Assembly: GCF_004010195.1 (NCBI RefSeq)
Contig: NC_057728.1
Location: 45,417,419 to 45,481,418 of the forward strand
Reading direction: 5' to 3'
Length of the DNA: 64,000 nucleotides
DNA from: Chiloscyllium plagiosum
Taxonomy: Eukaryota
Shown: positions 1 through 11,291 of the stretch, one piece after another
How the letters are laid out: every line of letters begins with the position of its first letter
Position numbering within the stretch: position 1 is the first letter of the stretch
Position numbers and translations under genes: made by a program
Notes under the pieces: generated by a model
What the model saw: the letters and a program-made list of their open reading frames with translations, nothing else
Databases searched by the model: none
What the model was told of the DNA's origin: nothing

Positions 1-114
1 CACTTTCTGTGGGTTTTTTTCAGATTTCCAGCATCCGCAGTGTTTTGCTTTTATCTGTTTGTGATTTATTAGCCTCACTTGCCCAGCATATATTAAAAGA
101 AACATCCCAACATC

Positions 115-185
115 GTTAAAAATTGCACAACACCAGGTTTATTTGGAAGCACTAGCTTTCGGAGTGCCGCTCTTTCATCGAGTGA
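115..185 (-). mobile_element. Penelope-associated terminal fragment, family C, with degenerate hammerhead motif
   Basis: Shares ttaaaaat..cacaacaccagg..tttatttggaagcac with 10460-10510. Minus strand reads CAC-TCGATGA-AA-GAG cggca CTCC-GAAAG-CTA-GTG. Confidence 0.55.
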
Positions 186-759
186 TTGTGGAAATTAAGA
201 TCATGATCACAGAATTTATAGCCAAAGGAGTCCAGTGTCATGGAGATGTGATACAGTAAACAATCTTAGATTAAAACGTTCATCTTTTATAATGGGATAC
301 GCTGGTTTCCGTTCTTTGATATGTAAATTCCAGAACTTCTTTTAAAGATTCTGACATTCTTAGATAAGAGGCGTCGATAATTATCATCTGATTTGCCTGA
401 ACATCCAGACACGAGGCTATGCTCCTGAACGAAGTTAACAAAAGGCGTTGTATTCCTTACGTGGTAGCCTAAAAGATACAGAAAGATACATAATCCCCAA
501 CATTCATTGTAGTTCTAAAAGATTCAGCGCTGAAATCACATTGTAGGCACTTCCCATGACTGAAACGCGAATTATTTAGTGAGGGTTGGGGAGAACGTTT
601 GGATAGTTCAATGTCATACCGGGCATGTTTAAAAGTCAGTTTGAAAAATGAATCAAAAAGTCAAGTCTGTGGCTGTCCCCACAGCAAAGGCACTCACTTT
701 TACGATGTGTTTTCCTCACGGGTAGGGGATGGACAGAGGGTGGAGAGAGCGACTCTGGG

Positions 760-773
760 ATTTGCATATTCAT
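760..773 (-). promoter_or_regulatory. Octamer within a MORE-type POU dimer site, ~200 nt upstream of the ALX1 ATG
   Basis: ATTTGCATATTCAT; the reverse complement ATGAATATGCAAAT contains the perfect octamer ATGCAAAT. Motif match only. Confidence 0.45.
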
Positions 774-968
774 TATGTTGGGAGGAGGTTGCAGTGGGAT
801 ACCCAGCGCTTTTACTGTATATAGAGCCGTTTGCAGAAAGCTTGTCACGGTCAAAAGCTGCTGTTTCCATTTCAACCCGAACTTGCTAGTAGCAAGCACC
901 GATTGCGCCCTCCCGAGCAGGTCGGTTTTACCTTCCTTGAGGCTGTCTCTCAGCTGGTTTACATGATT

Positions 969-1194
969 ATGGAATTTACAAGTGAGAATTTCTCCGTCGT
1001 TGGCCATCATTCGAAGGGGAGCGAGTACTACATGGGAGCAGGAGCAACCCTGGAACAAGTTATGGAGAGCATGGAGGGGGGGTCTTTCTACAACAAGAAT
1101 GCCTCGAAACGCATCCAAGCCTTTATTAACATGGACAGCAACGAGCACCCGGAAAGGATTGGAAAGCCGCCCGCTCATGAAGACGGTGCGAATG
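969..1194 (+). CDS. ALX1: ALX homeobox 1 (Cart1), coding exon 1
   Basis: Translates MEFTSENFSVVGHHSKGSEYYMGAGATLEQVMESMEGGSFYNKNASKRIQAF...EDGAN, matching the recalled vertebrate ALX1 N-terminus (MEFLSEKF...DFYMGAGGPLEHVMETL...SFYSK). 226 nt, phase-1 donor G|GTAGGT at 1195. An in-frame ATG also lies 6 nt upstream at 963. Confidence 0.93.
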
Positions 1195-4100
1195 GTAGGT
1201 AATATCACCAATATCACCATAACTGATTTACACATACAGTTTTTAAAAATCTACACATAAAAGATGGAAACATTTTGTGGTATATATGAATTAAATATCC
1301 GCCTATTTTAATGGATTTATCACCAGAAATTTTAAATAAATCTTTAATCAGTGCATTTTTCCATTAAAGTTTCTAAGGTTGATTGGTTACCAATACAGTA
1401 TTTATTCTAAATGGAAGCAATTTAAACAATGGTGGATTTATATATATTTATATAATATTGACTCTCCCATGAATTGCCCACTTCCATCGCTACTGAATTG
1501 TGTGCACTATCAGCAGAACCATAAATAATAAACAGGAAGAATTGTCTTCCAGGCTTGTTGCTCTGGGTGGAGGTGGGATGTTATCATAACAAACCATTTA
1601 TCATTCTTGTTTCAATAATCAATTGTACAGTCAATGGTCTAAACCGAAACCTTTTCTCACCTCTGACACAGCGGTAAGTAAAAATTAAACATCAGTTGGC
1701 TGTAAAGACGCTTCTGGAATCTAAAATCCATTAATTCTATTAGAGTGATAAAATACGGTACTCGTGTGTTTTGGGGGAAGAAACAATTCGTCGAGGTTTA
1801 TTCGCTAAATGTAAATATTTCTGGTTTTAGTCCGCCCCAGTCCAACGCCGGCATCTCCAAGTCATTTCTGGTTTTGTTAGTTTTCTTGGCCTTTAAACCA
1901 CACATCTCTGAACTAAACAACCATTCGGATCGGTCCAATGCAGTTTCCTTAGGTATGCCTCTTACATGTTACCGCATTCGCAATTTCTCGCGCAAAATAA
2001 AACGCCAAAAGATAGGGGTGGGGGGGTTCCCGAATCTTTCAATCCAGTACGAGAAAATTTCTAATCGAAGCAGCAAATTATGCTATCACCATTGCTTTAT
2101 GTAAATATAGATTTGCCATAAGGGCAAGTTTGGCAACCGGGACATATGTTTAAAGTTCAAGTGAATGAATATTCCCATTTTAACGACACACGCGAAAAAA
2201 AAAATAATATTGATGTAAGTAGTGTGCAATATCTGCAGAAACCCCAACTCCCTTGTCAGACCTCTCATCGCTGAGTTAAAATGTAACATGGTGATAAAGC
2301 GTTGTGTTGCTTGTTGGTGTTCCAGGGTGCTTGCAGTAACAAACCAGCGCACTCCAACCTAGAATTACAATTTGTGAATGTGAACTCACAGGTTCTTTTT
2401 AAATCTGGCGATAAAATCCTGTGAGTGCTCTTGAATATACTTGAGTGCATTTTTTTTTAAAAAGTCGACCATTTGGTCCACTAATGTACTACAGGTAAAT
2501 TGACAAATTCACTTCCCAACGTGACCCCAGCCTTAACTTACAGATTCGTAAGTGACCGAGCGGGTTGTATTAAACAATGTATGCCGGCCTCTTTTCTTGA
2601 ACCATGCTTCGTACAACTTCTTAAGAGTCAACCACACTAATTGAAGGCTGGAGAAAGTTGTATCAAAGTCCAAGGAAAACGGCCAGCGTGCAAGTTGTTC
2701 GATACAACTGCTTAACCGCGCAACAATCAACCACATTGACTGATGGCTGGAGTCACATATAGGCCAGGCCAAGCTCCCTGTCCAAAAGCACGGGTCATTA
2801 AACAAAATCGCTCCCCCACCACTCCCCAACGCAGTACTAATGCCCACGACCTGAGAATTAATTGAAAAAATAAGTAATTGAGGACCTTACATTTTAGGCT
2901 TCACGATGTACTGCTCAGAAGTAGAGGCAGAAATCAATCTGTTCTGGATTAACTTTAATCAGTACAAATATTAAAGCTTTTCAAAATGAATTACCTCAAA
3001 ATACAGTTGCGTTCAACAGGCACTTTGAAGAAATGTATATGACAGATACGACTTTATTTTTTTTAAAAAAAGACAAGGTTAATGAGGATACGAAAGTTCT
3101 GCAACTTTGCTTTATGATGGATTCCTTTCTCAGTATTGAGCTAACTGCCCAATATTTCACCTCCATCTTCTGTCTTTGGGCGCACATCGGTGAAAGTGGC
3201 TTCGTGTGCTTGAGTTAACATTCTAACTTTATCGCCCTCTTCTCCCAAATATGGTGAACCTAAAAAAAAATGTACGCTGTAATGCTGCATTTTTATAAAG
3301 CCAACTCAAATCTGACTTCTTGCGGGGAAAGAGGGATTTTGTTTTGCAAAAAGTAGACTCAGAAAAATAGACTTGCGCCGGTCCTCAACAAACGCAATAA
3401 GAGATGCCATACAAGTTTTGTTAAAGGGGTATTTGAGGAATCAGCTATTTTACTTTACAAAAACATGCCAGTGATGAAAAAAGGGTTAAATATCATTAAG
3501 TTTCGTTTTACACGTGTAAAATATCGTTATATGTTTTGTAAAAGTTAAAATGGAACTTACAAGTACGTAAAACAATCGGCTGAAGGAGTTTGAATTAAAC
3601 TTACGACAGTTCTGCTAAATGTAAATAAATAATGGGGGTGTTGGGTGAGAGTTTTCGAAACTTTGGTCTTAAAGAGCAATTTTTAAACATAGATTTTTGT
3701 AACTGTGCGCCTTTTGGCGATTATCAGCATCGTCTCTTCGTTAAAATGTCCATTTTTTCAATCGTCCCAGTGGGAGCGCAAATTACTTCAATTTTAAAAC
3801 TACATTTTCTTTGAACAATACGCACCGGCGATCTAATAGCTAATTTAACTTTGCTAAACAAATCAGTGAGCAAGAATTGCCTGGAAACTTGGGCGTTGGT
3901 GTCAGGTAAAGAGAACAGTCCTGTGGCTGGGCCTGATACTGCGTGAACCCAAATAATTTGTAATAAAAGGGTCAGAACAGAAATAAGGTGATGAAGACAG
4001 CAACAGTGTCACCAATTTTATTCGATCATATCTTGTATTTTTCTGCTTCATTCTCAAACTATAACTAATCCTTACACGAAGTGGGAGGATATTTCTGACC

Positions 4101-4547
4101 TTTCTCAGAAATTAACGAAATTGCTGGCAATCCCTTATTTTCCTACCGATTGCAAACTGTGGATGGAACTGTTTCAAAAGCCCACAGAGCAGAATCAATT
4201 AACCACAGATAGATGGTCAATCGTAATTCCAGACACACATTAACCATATCTACCATTGTGGGATGCGAACTAGGCTCTCCCAAGCAGAATGTGGATTTTC
4301 AGTGCAGCGATAATACCACTGATCAGCACAGAATGGGCGATAACTACTACACTCTCTATAACATCTCCATCCCCAGAAGAGGAATAAAATTAAACTGTAC
4401 TTACTGTCCTCTTATGCCATTTTCCTGTTGATCTGATGGCGAGGAACTGATCCCTGAAGCCTAATGTGAAAGCACTTTCCCTGGTTGTCCCGTAGGGCAG
4501 ATACCATCACACAAAAGTTTCCTTGGAGCATTTTATCCCTGAACTCC

Positions 4548-4962
4548 AGGCTGTTTTCCCTGGAGTGTAGCCTAGGGGGGCGGGGGGGGGGGGGGAGGGA
4601 GAGGGGTGACCTTATAGAGGTTTATAGGATCACGAGGGACATGGAGAGGATGAATAGTCAAGGCCTTTCCCCCTGGGTGGGGGAGTCCAAAACTAGAGGG
4701 CATAGGCTTAAAGTAAGAGGGACAACATATAAAAGAGACCTAACGGGCAACTATTTCACGCAGAGGGTGGTACGTGTATGGAATGAGCTGCCAGAGGAAG
4801 TGGTGGAGGCTGGTACGATTACAGCGTTTAAAAGGCATCTGGATGGGTATATAAATAGAAAGGGTTTAGAGGGACATGGGCTAAATGCTGGCAAATGGGA
4901 CTAGATTTGTTTAGGATATCTGGTCGGCGTGGACGAATTGGACCGAAGGGTCTCTATGACTC
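4548..4962 (+). mobile_element. CR1-clade (HER1-like) LINE 3' fragment
   Basis: ORF2 C-terminus RGDLIEVYRI...TRGHRLKV...YFTQRVVRVWNELPEEVVEAGTITAFKRHLD, followed by a tail ending ctctatgactc. Confidence 0.9.
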
Positions 4963-5034
4963 GAGGATTTAATCACACCCCAAGCTCTTCACACGCCCTG
5001 AACCCGGATGAAGAGTTACCAGACAAAACCCGAA

Positions 5035-5192
5035 ACTGCTGGAAAAAAGTCAGCATTGTGGGGGTCACTGGACCCTAAATGTCATCTCTGTTTGCTCTGC
5101 ACAGATGGGGCCAGACTTGCTGGGCGTTTTCAACAGTTTTCCAGCTGTTTTCTTTATTTCTGATTTGCAGTGTCCGCAGTTCCTTTTTGCTT
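5035..5192 (+). mobile_element. Short non-autonomous element, family B (Penelope-type terminus), decayed
   Basis: GGGTC-ACTG-GACCC hairpin followed by ...cacagatg..ccagacttgctg...tctgatttgcagtgtccgcagttc, similar to 44703, 57525 and 26289. Confidence 0.6.
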
Positions 5193-5261
5193 CATGAAGA
5201 ATAAAGATCCTGGATAATAACAATCAGTGTAAATGTATACAGCTATTACACACCACAAATT

Positions 5262-5272
5262 TAATCTGATTA
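5262..5272. promoter_or_regulatory. P3 palindromic paired-class homeodomain dimer site in ALX1 intron 1
   Basis: TAATCTGATTA = TAAT-N3-ATTA. Motif match only. Confidence 0.35.
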
Positions 5273-6392
5273 GCGGGTGTCTCTGATTTAAAAGCTTATC
5301 TTTCATTTCTGAATTTGCAAATAAAGGATACCGACAGCTCTAGCGTAGTTTGAGGTTTAGTTGTACAACTTTCGGAACCGTTAAAGTAACGCACGGATTA
5401 TTGAATGCCGAAGCTTTGGGAGTAGTAGGCGGGAGTTTGTAAGGTTCACTTACACTGGAGAGAAAATGTTGCTGCATTTAATCTGAACAGTTATGTCATA
5501 AAATTCATTTATTGTTAGGGCGCAGTATGTAATAACTCCCAGAAAAGGTTGTAATGCGGATTCTGTGCCCTGGATTCATATAATTAGTTTGACTAACAGG
5601 GAAAAATAAAACGTAACGCAGGGAGAGAGAAGGTAACTAGTGAATATCTCCTTTCTTTAAAAAAAATCAATTTTCTTATAACGGTATCCAGAGGGAGCGG
5701 ATTATGTTGTCACTATTAATCTGCCAGTTAGAAAATTTACAATAAACACGCAGTGAGATAATAAGGTTCCGACCCAATTTGATGCGGGTTTCCTTTGCGA
5801 AACAGTCAACAGCCGCGTTTCCATAGATCCTTAAATCAAGTTGATAAAAGTTGCCCCAGAACTTGCTTTCCCAAGTTGCTAGGAACACGGTGAACTCGGT
5901 ACACTGGGCACTGGTGCTAAAGATGCTGCTGAAATATCGAAATTAGTGTTTTGAAGTCACGTTCGGAAGATACCTGACGCTAAAAGGAGACAAAGTGGGA
6001 ATATGAATAATAAAGGAAGTAATAAAGAGGTGAATGAGCTAAAGATTCCCTTTGTTTAGCGATTAGTTCTGTTCATGTGCGAGTGAAGATTTCCCTCCTC
6101 CCAAAGAGATACAGCGTCCACTCTGAACTGTTTCCAAGAACTAAACTCATTACGTTTTACGAACTGATCATATAAATGTGCCAGTTAAAACAAACACAAT
6201 TTACATATTAGCAGTAAAAGTTATGCATGGTCAAAAAAATACAAAGATGACCCACTTTGCAAACTAAATTTGGTCCAACCCTGTACAACAAAATGTAACT
6301 GCAAGTCAATAAATTCTCTACTTAGACTAATCATCAATCAAACCTCGCAAATTTTGTAACACTGTATCAGTAAGTTCCTTTCCAAGACCATA

Positions 6393-6530
6393 CCAAAGCA
6401 AAATAATGCAGACGCTGGGCTTCTGAAATAAAAGCAGAAATCGCTGGAGAAAGTCAGCAGACCTGGCAGCATCTGTGGAGGGAAAAAGAAAGTTAAAGTT
6501 TCAGTTCCAATATCACTCTCCTTTGAAACT
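6393..6530 (-). mobile_element. Short non-autonomous element, family B, decayed
   Basis: tgcagacgctgg...cagaaatcgctggagaaagtcagcagacctggcagcatctgtggag, similar to 57525-57655. Confidence 0.65.
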
Positions 6531-7149
6531 TTCTCTGACCTCTCCATGACCATCTTCAAGTCTAAGACTGACTTTCCTGTCTGTATCTCAGCTTAGATGC
6601 CTAATATTGCATGTGGGTATATGTTGTATATGTGCCTGTTATATGATCACAGTCTGGAACCAAATTTTCTTCATATACGTGTCTTTTAAATGCACAGCTT
6701 TTAATGTTATGATATGAATACTGTGGTGTTGTTCTACTCAGCTCTATTGTATTGCTGATTTTAGGATGTGATTAAATTTTTCAGTTGAAACTGATATATA
6801 CCACTCATTTCCCAGGTTACCAGGAGAATGTTGCTTTATAAGTCACTTTTCCAAACTCAGATTTGTATCATAATCAATCTATGCAACTAAAAATTTTGTT
6901 CCACCCATAGGCAAGTTTATTCTCACATGTATGTTAATTATATAAAACTTAGAATGACAACAGGAATCCTTCATCATGTTGCCTTTTCATTGAATGCATT
7001 GATATTCCTATTATAATTGTCACACACACACATATATATACTGCCAGCATATGAAATTTAAAAATCTTTATCATGAAGATCTTGAGGCTATCTGGTCTGT
7101 GAACTTTGTTTTCCAAATTCAGACTTTAGTTATCCCCCTTTGAACTTAT

Positions 7150-7460
7150 GGGCAGCACGGTGGCACAGTGGTTAGCACTGCTGCCTCACAGTGCCAGAGA
7201 CCTGGGTTCAATTCCCGACTCAGGCGACTGACTGTGTGGAGTTTGCACATTCTCCCCTTGTCTGTGTGGGTTTCCTCCAGGTGCTCCAGTTTCCTCCCAC
7301 AGTCCAAAGATGTGCAGGTCAGGTGAATTGGCCATGCTTAATTGCCCGTAGTGTTAGGTAGGGGGGTAAATGTAGGGGAATGGGTGGGTTGCGCTTCGGC
7401 GGGTCGGTGTGGACTTGTTGGGCCGAAGGGCCTGTTTCCATACTGTAAGTAATCTAATCT
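7150..7460 (+). mobile_element. HE1-type tRNA-derived SINE, full length
   Basis: gggcagcacggtggcacagtggttagc (A box), gggttcaattccc (B box), central tgtgtggagtttgcacattctcccc domain, tail gggccgaagggcctgtttcc...aatctaatct. TSD aacttat at 7143-7149 and 7461-7467. Confidence 0.9.
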
Positions 7461-8204
7461 AACTTATAGGCAGGGTGTACCGTGGGTGAAGAGTTGAGGC
7501 CCAATTTGAACTATGTGAGTGGATGAGATTTGTTTAGCTGAATTACATTCTTGATGTCCATCAAGATAGGAGGATACCTGGAACAGTCTGCACATCTCAT
7601 CAAAACATGGATCCAGCCAGAACCCTCCAGCCAATGTTCAGTTGCTGATAATGTCCTGTAGATATCCCACAATTTCTGTTCCTTATTTGAGATCCAATTC
7701 ACACCATTTGAGATTCTTTCCATGAGTTGTTTTCATACTCTTTAGATCTTTTCACTCTATTTCATTGCCTGAATGAGGGAATCTTCACACTTTTTGGCCA
7801 CTCTTCACTTCTTTATAATATTTCAATAACATTCTATAGAAGTGATTAACCAATCAAACTTGAAAATAAAACCTGCTCAATTCAGAAGGGTAGAGTCACA
7901 GAATCAGGGAATGTAATAGCACAGGGCAAGGCCATTGGACATTCCAAATTTGCACTGGTTTTTTGTTAATCAATTCTCAGTCTCAACCTCCATTCTTTCC
8001 CCAATCTCAACACACCTTTTCTCTTTAAGTATTGATTCAAGTCTTTACTAAAGGTTGCAGTTGAATTTGTTTCTACACAACTAAGAAATGCATTTTACAC
8101 CCTAGATACTCATTGAACTAATTTTTCCACATTTTGCTTTTGGTTCCTTGTTAGTGCTCCTCTGGTAGCACTTTCCAATCCTGTAAATATAATGTCCCAG
8201 CAAC

Positions 8205-8462
8205 CAAGGACAGGAACATTACACCTGGAAGTTCCTTTCCAAGCCTCGCATTACTTTGACTTGGAAGTGTAGCGTCATTCCTTCACTATTGCCAAGTCAC
8301 AATTCTGGAAGTCCTTCCCAAGCAACTTTGTAGGTGTACCTACAACACACAGACTGTAGTGGTCGAATGTGTCAACTCACTACTGGCTTCTCCAAGGCAA
8401 TTAAGAATGGCCAATAAATGCTGGTCTAGCCAATGTTGTCCACATCCCATTCAAGAATTAAA
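8205..8462 (+). mobile_element. 3' end of the LINE family seen at 43335-44655
   Basis: aagttcctttccaagcc...gacttggaag...caataaatgctggtctagccaatgttgtccacatccca. Confidence 0.65.
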
Positions 8463-10073
8463 AGAATGGCACTTAGCCTGTATCCCTTGGTTTATGATCT
8501 TCCACCCATTGGAAACAGTTTCCCATTGAAGAGTCTACCAATTCCAGCCTGTTTTTAAATCTCTCCACCAAATTTCTTAGCGAGGACAATTCCTGCTTTT
8601 TTATTCAGATTGTCTACATAACTGTAATTCCCTCATCTTGCATGTTATCCTTCTAAATCTTTTTATACCCTCTCCAAGCTTCCTGAAATGTGGTACCAAA
8701 ACTCCATATGTTTTCCTGATTTAACATAATTTCTCGGATTTTGTGCTCTGAAGTGTACTCCTTTTTCTAAAGTACAGAATCTCAAAAGTTTTATTCACTG
8801 TTTTGTTAAACTGGCCAGTGATCTTCAAAGCTTATTGCACAATAACTCTTCCAGGTCTCTCTATTTTCAAATACTTATAAAAATGTGCCATTTAGCATGA
8901 AATGTCTCTCCTTATTCTTCCTATCAAAAGTATATTAATTCACATTTCTCTGTATTAGATTTCATCTGCCCCATATCTATTCATTCTGCCAGCTTGCCAA
9001 TTTCCTTCTGATGTTATGCCTATCTTCCTCATGTTAACTACATTTCAAACTTTGTGTAATTTGAAACTTTTTATGTTGTGCCCTGTACCCTCAAGTGTAA
9101 GCTATTAATATACACCAAAAACAGCAGGGGGGCTGAAAACTGATGAACTTGTGCTCTTTATGAGGAACTTCAACCCTTTTTCATATTATGAATCTGGATA
9201 CAAAGTCAACGGATCCTGCAAGAGTTTTATTACTTGTTGAACTCCACACACATTTTTTTTAAATAGGCAAAATCTATGATGGGAGGATGAATTTATATAA
9301 TTAACTCAATTACCTCCTTTTTTTGACAGAACATTTTCCCCATTCCTTTAAAGGAACTTACTTATCTTTCAGCATTCAGTCTTGAGAAGAGATCTATATG
9401 TGAAATATTGTACATATTTATAAGTCAAGCTTTGAAAAAAGCTTGAACAATCTATCCAAAAACAGAAGTTAACTTAGGTGTTGAAGATAAAAATGAACCA
9501 TTGGCGTGGGTTATGGGTGGTCACCGTCTTTGTTATTTGTTAAACAGGCTCTGCCGTGCATGTGTATATATCTTGAACTTCTGTTCACTTTCACAACCTG
9601 GACTATGATGCCTGTTTATAAAGTATTATAATGTTTATAATGTACCTAGTTATAATGTATTAGGAGTTACAACATCCATTTGTGGCATTAGAAATTGCAG
9701 CTGACTAGTAATGTATGTGTAGAATATTGCTATTGAAAAGGGGATCAGTTTATACACTAAGTATTTGCAAAGATATAACTTTTGCAGCAAAAATTGGGAT
9801 TGTCTTATTTGCTAGGACAATCTACATTTCAAAATCTATTGCATTTGCTTGCTTTTTTTAACTGGATGCTGAAAAATTGTCTTTTTCTGCTTATGTTTAA
9901 GTTTCTGCAAAACTCTGCAATATGTTTTGCATATTAAATGTCAGCAGTTTGTAACCTCTTTATTTTTTAAATCATATTGTTTGGTAGTAAAGTACTAGAG
10001 GATATAGTTGGCAAACCTCATAGTGCGGGTTAATTCCTACATAAGTTGTCTGATTATTTTCTTTGTCATCCAG

Positions 10074-10378
10074 TCAATTACAGCGTTTCAAAGTCGATGG
10101 GCCAACCTGTGTGTTCTGAACTATCAAGACCCATTGAAAACTACTGTAACATGAAGGTTTCACCGCCAAAAGGGCTAGAGGAAAAATCCATCGGAGATCA
10201 AAGCATTGATAAGAGTGACTCTAATGTCTCTAGCACGAAGAAGCGGAGAAATAGGACAACATTCACCAGTTTACAATTAGAGGAGCTGGAGAAGGTTTTC
10301 CAGAAAACCCATTACCCAGACGTGTATGCCAGGGAGCAGCTGGCTCTACGGACTGAGCTCACAGAGGCGAGAGTACAG
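10074..10378 (+). CDS. ALX1: ALX1 coding exon 2 (N-terminal part of the homeodomain)
   Basis: Acceptor ttttctttgtcatccag|, 305 nt, completes codon G+TC. Encodes VNYSVSK...[57 protein letters not shown], then donor |GTAAAT at the canonical paired-class VQ/VWF intron position. Confidence 0.97.
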
Positions 10379-10416
10379 GTAAATCATTCAGTTTGTTATC
10401 CCTTAACAAAGATTTG

Positions 10417-10542
10417 AAATGATGTGGAGGTGCCAGTGTTGGACAGGGGTGGACAAAGTTAAAAATCATACGACAACAGGTTATAGTCCAACAGGTTTAT
10501 TTGGAAGTACAAATTTTCGGAACTGCTCCTTTGTCAGGTAGT
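10417..10542 (-). mobile_element. Penelope-associated terminal element, family C, 40 nt into intron 2
   Basis: gatgtggaggtgccagtgttggac...ttatagtccaacaggtttatttggaag. Minus strand reads TAC-CTGACAA-A-GGAG cag TTCC-GAAAA-TTT-GTA. Confidence 0.65.
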
Positions 10543-10635
10543 TAACTTTGTAAAACATGCTTTAAAAATTTATTTGTTAACGTTATTCACAATTGTGAAA
10601 AGTTAATATAGTTATATTAGTGAGTTAAACACACT

Positions 10636-10978
10636 GGGTATCATAATGGCTCAGTGGTTAGCATTTCTGCCTCACAGCACCAGGGACTCGGGTTCAATTC
10701 CACCCTCAGGTGACTGTTTGTGTGGCGTTTGCCCATTTTCTCTGTGTCTGCATAGGTTTTCTCCAGATGCTCTGGTTTCTTTCCAGTGTGCAAAAATGTG
10801 CTGATTAGGTGGATTGGCTATGCTAAATTGCTCATAGTGTCCAGGGATGTGCAGGTTAGGTGGATGAACCATGGGAAATGAAAGGTTACAGAAATAGGCT
10901 AGGGAACGGGAAGGTGGGATGCTGTTTCTAGGATTGGTGAGGACTGAATGGCTTGCTTCCACATTGTAAGGATTTTAT
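10636..10978 (+). mobile_element. HE1-type SINE (longer variant)
   Basis: tggctcagtggttagc A box, gggttcaattcc B box, shared body with 7150 and 54395. Confidence 0.85.
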
Positions 10979-11167
10979 TAAGTAATTGGATTGGTGCATT
11001 TAGGAGTAGCGCATTTGTAACACTTTGATAAGTGCTAGTTACCAAACAATTGTACTGACCTGAATGTTTAACTTTACAAGTGTGGAATCCTATTCCTCCT
11101 GAGGTTCATTAGTTAGGATATTTTAGAAATGTTCTTAGCTTTTCTCTCTGCCTTTGTAAAATCTCTC

Positions 11168-11291
11168 CTGAAGAAGGGCTTATGCCTGAAACATCGATTT
11201 TCCTTCTCCTTTGATGCTGCCTGATCTGCTGTGCTTTTCCAGCAACACATTTTTAAGCTCTGATCCCCAGCATCTGCAGTCCTCACTTTCT
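11168..11291 (+). mobile_element. Non-autonomous Penelope 3'-terminal copy, family A, beginning at the hammerhead core
   Basis: Matches 19192-19315. Flanked by the 18-bp direct repeat cctttgtaaaatctctcc (11151-11168 and 11292-11309). Confidence 0.85.

Noticed and set aside
831..962. Open frame upstream of the ALX1 ATG (N-terminal extension)
   Set aside because: No ATG before 963 and similarity to ALX1 starts at MEF (969); treated as 5' UTR.
636..1235. 199-aa minus-strand ORF
   Set aside because: Antisense shadow of ALX1 exon 1 and promoter; GTG start and no recognisable domain.
4575..4600. Poly-G tract as a G-quadruplex element
   Set aside because: Homopolymer expansion inside a LINE fragment, prone to sequencing error.
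7150..7220. tRNA gene-like sequence
   Set aside because: Head of an HE1 SINE; it continues into the SINE body and is repeated six times in the window.
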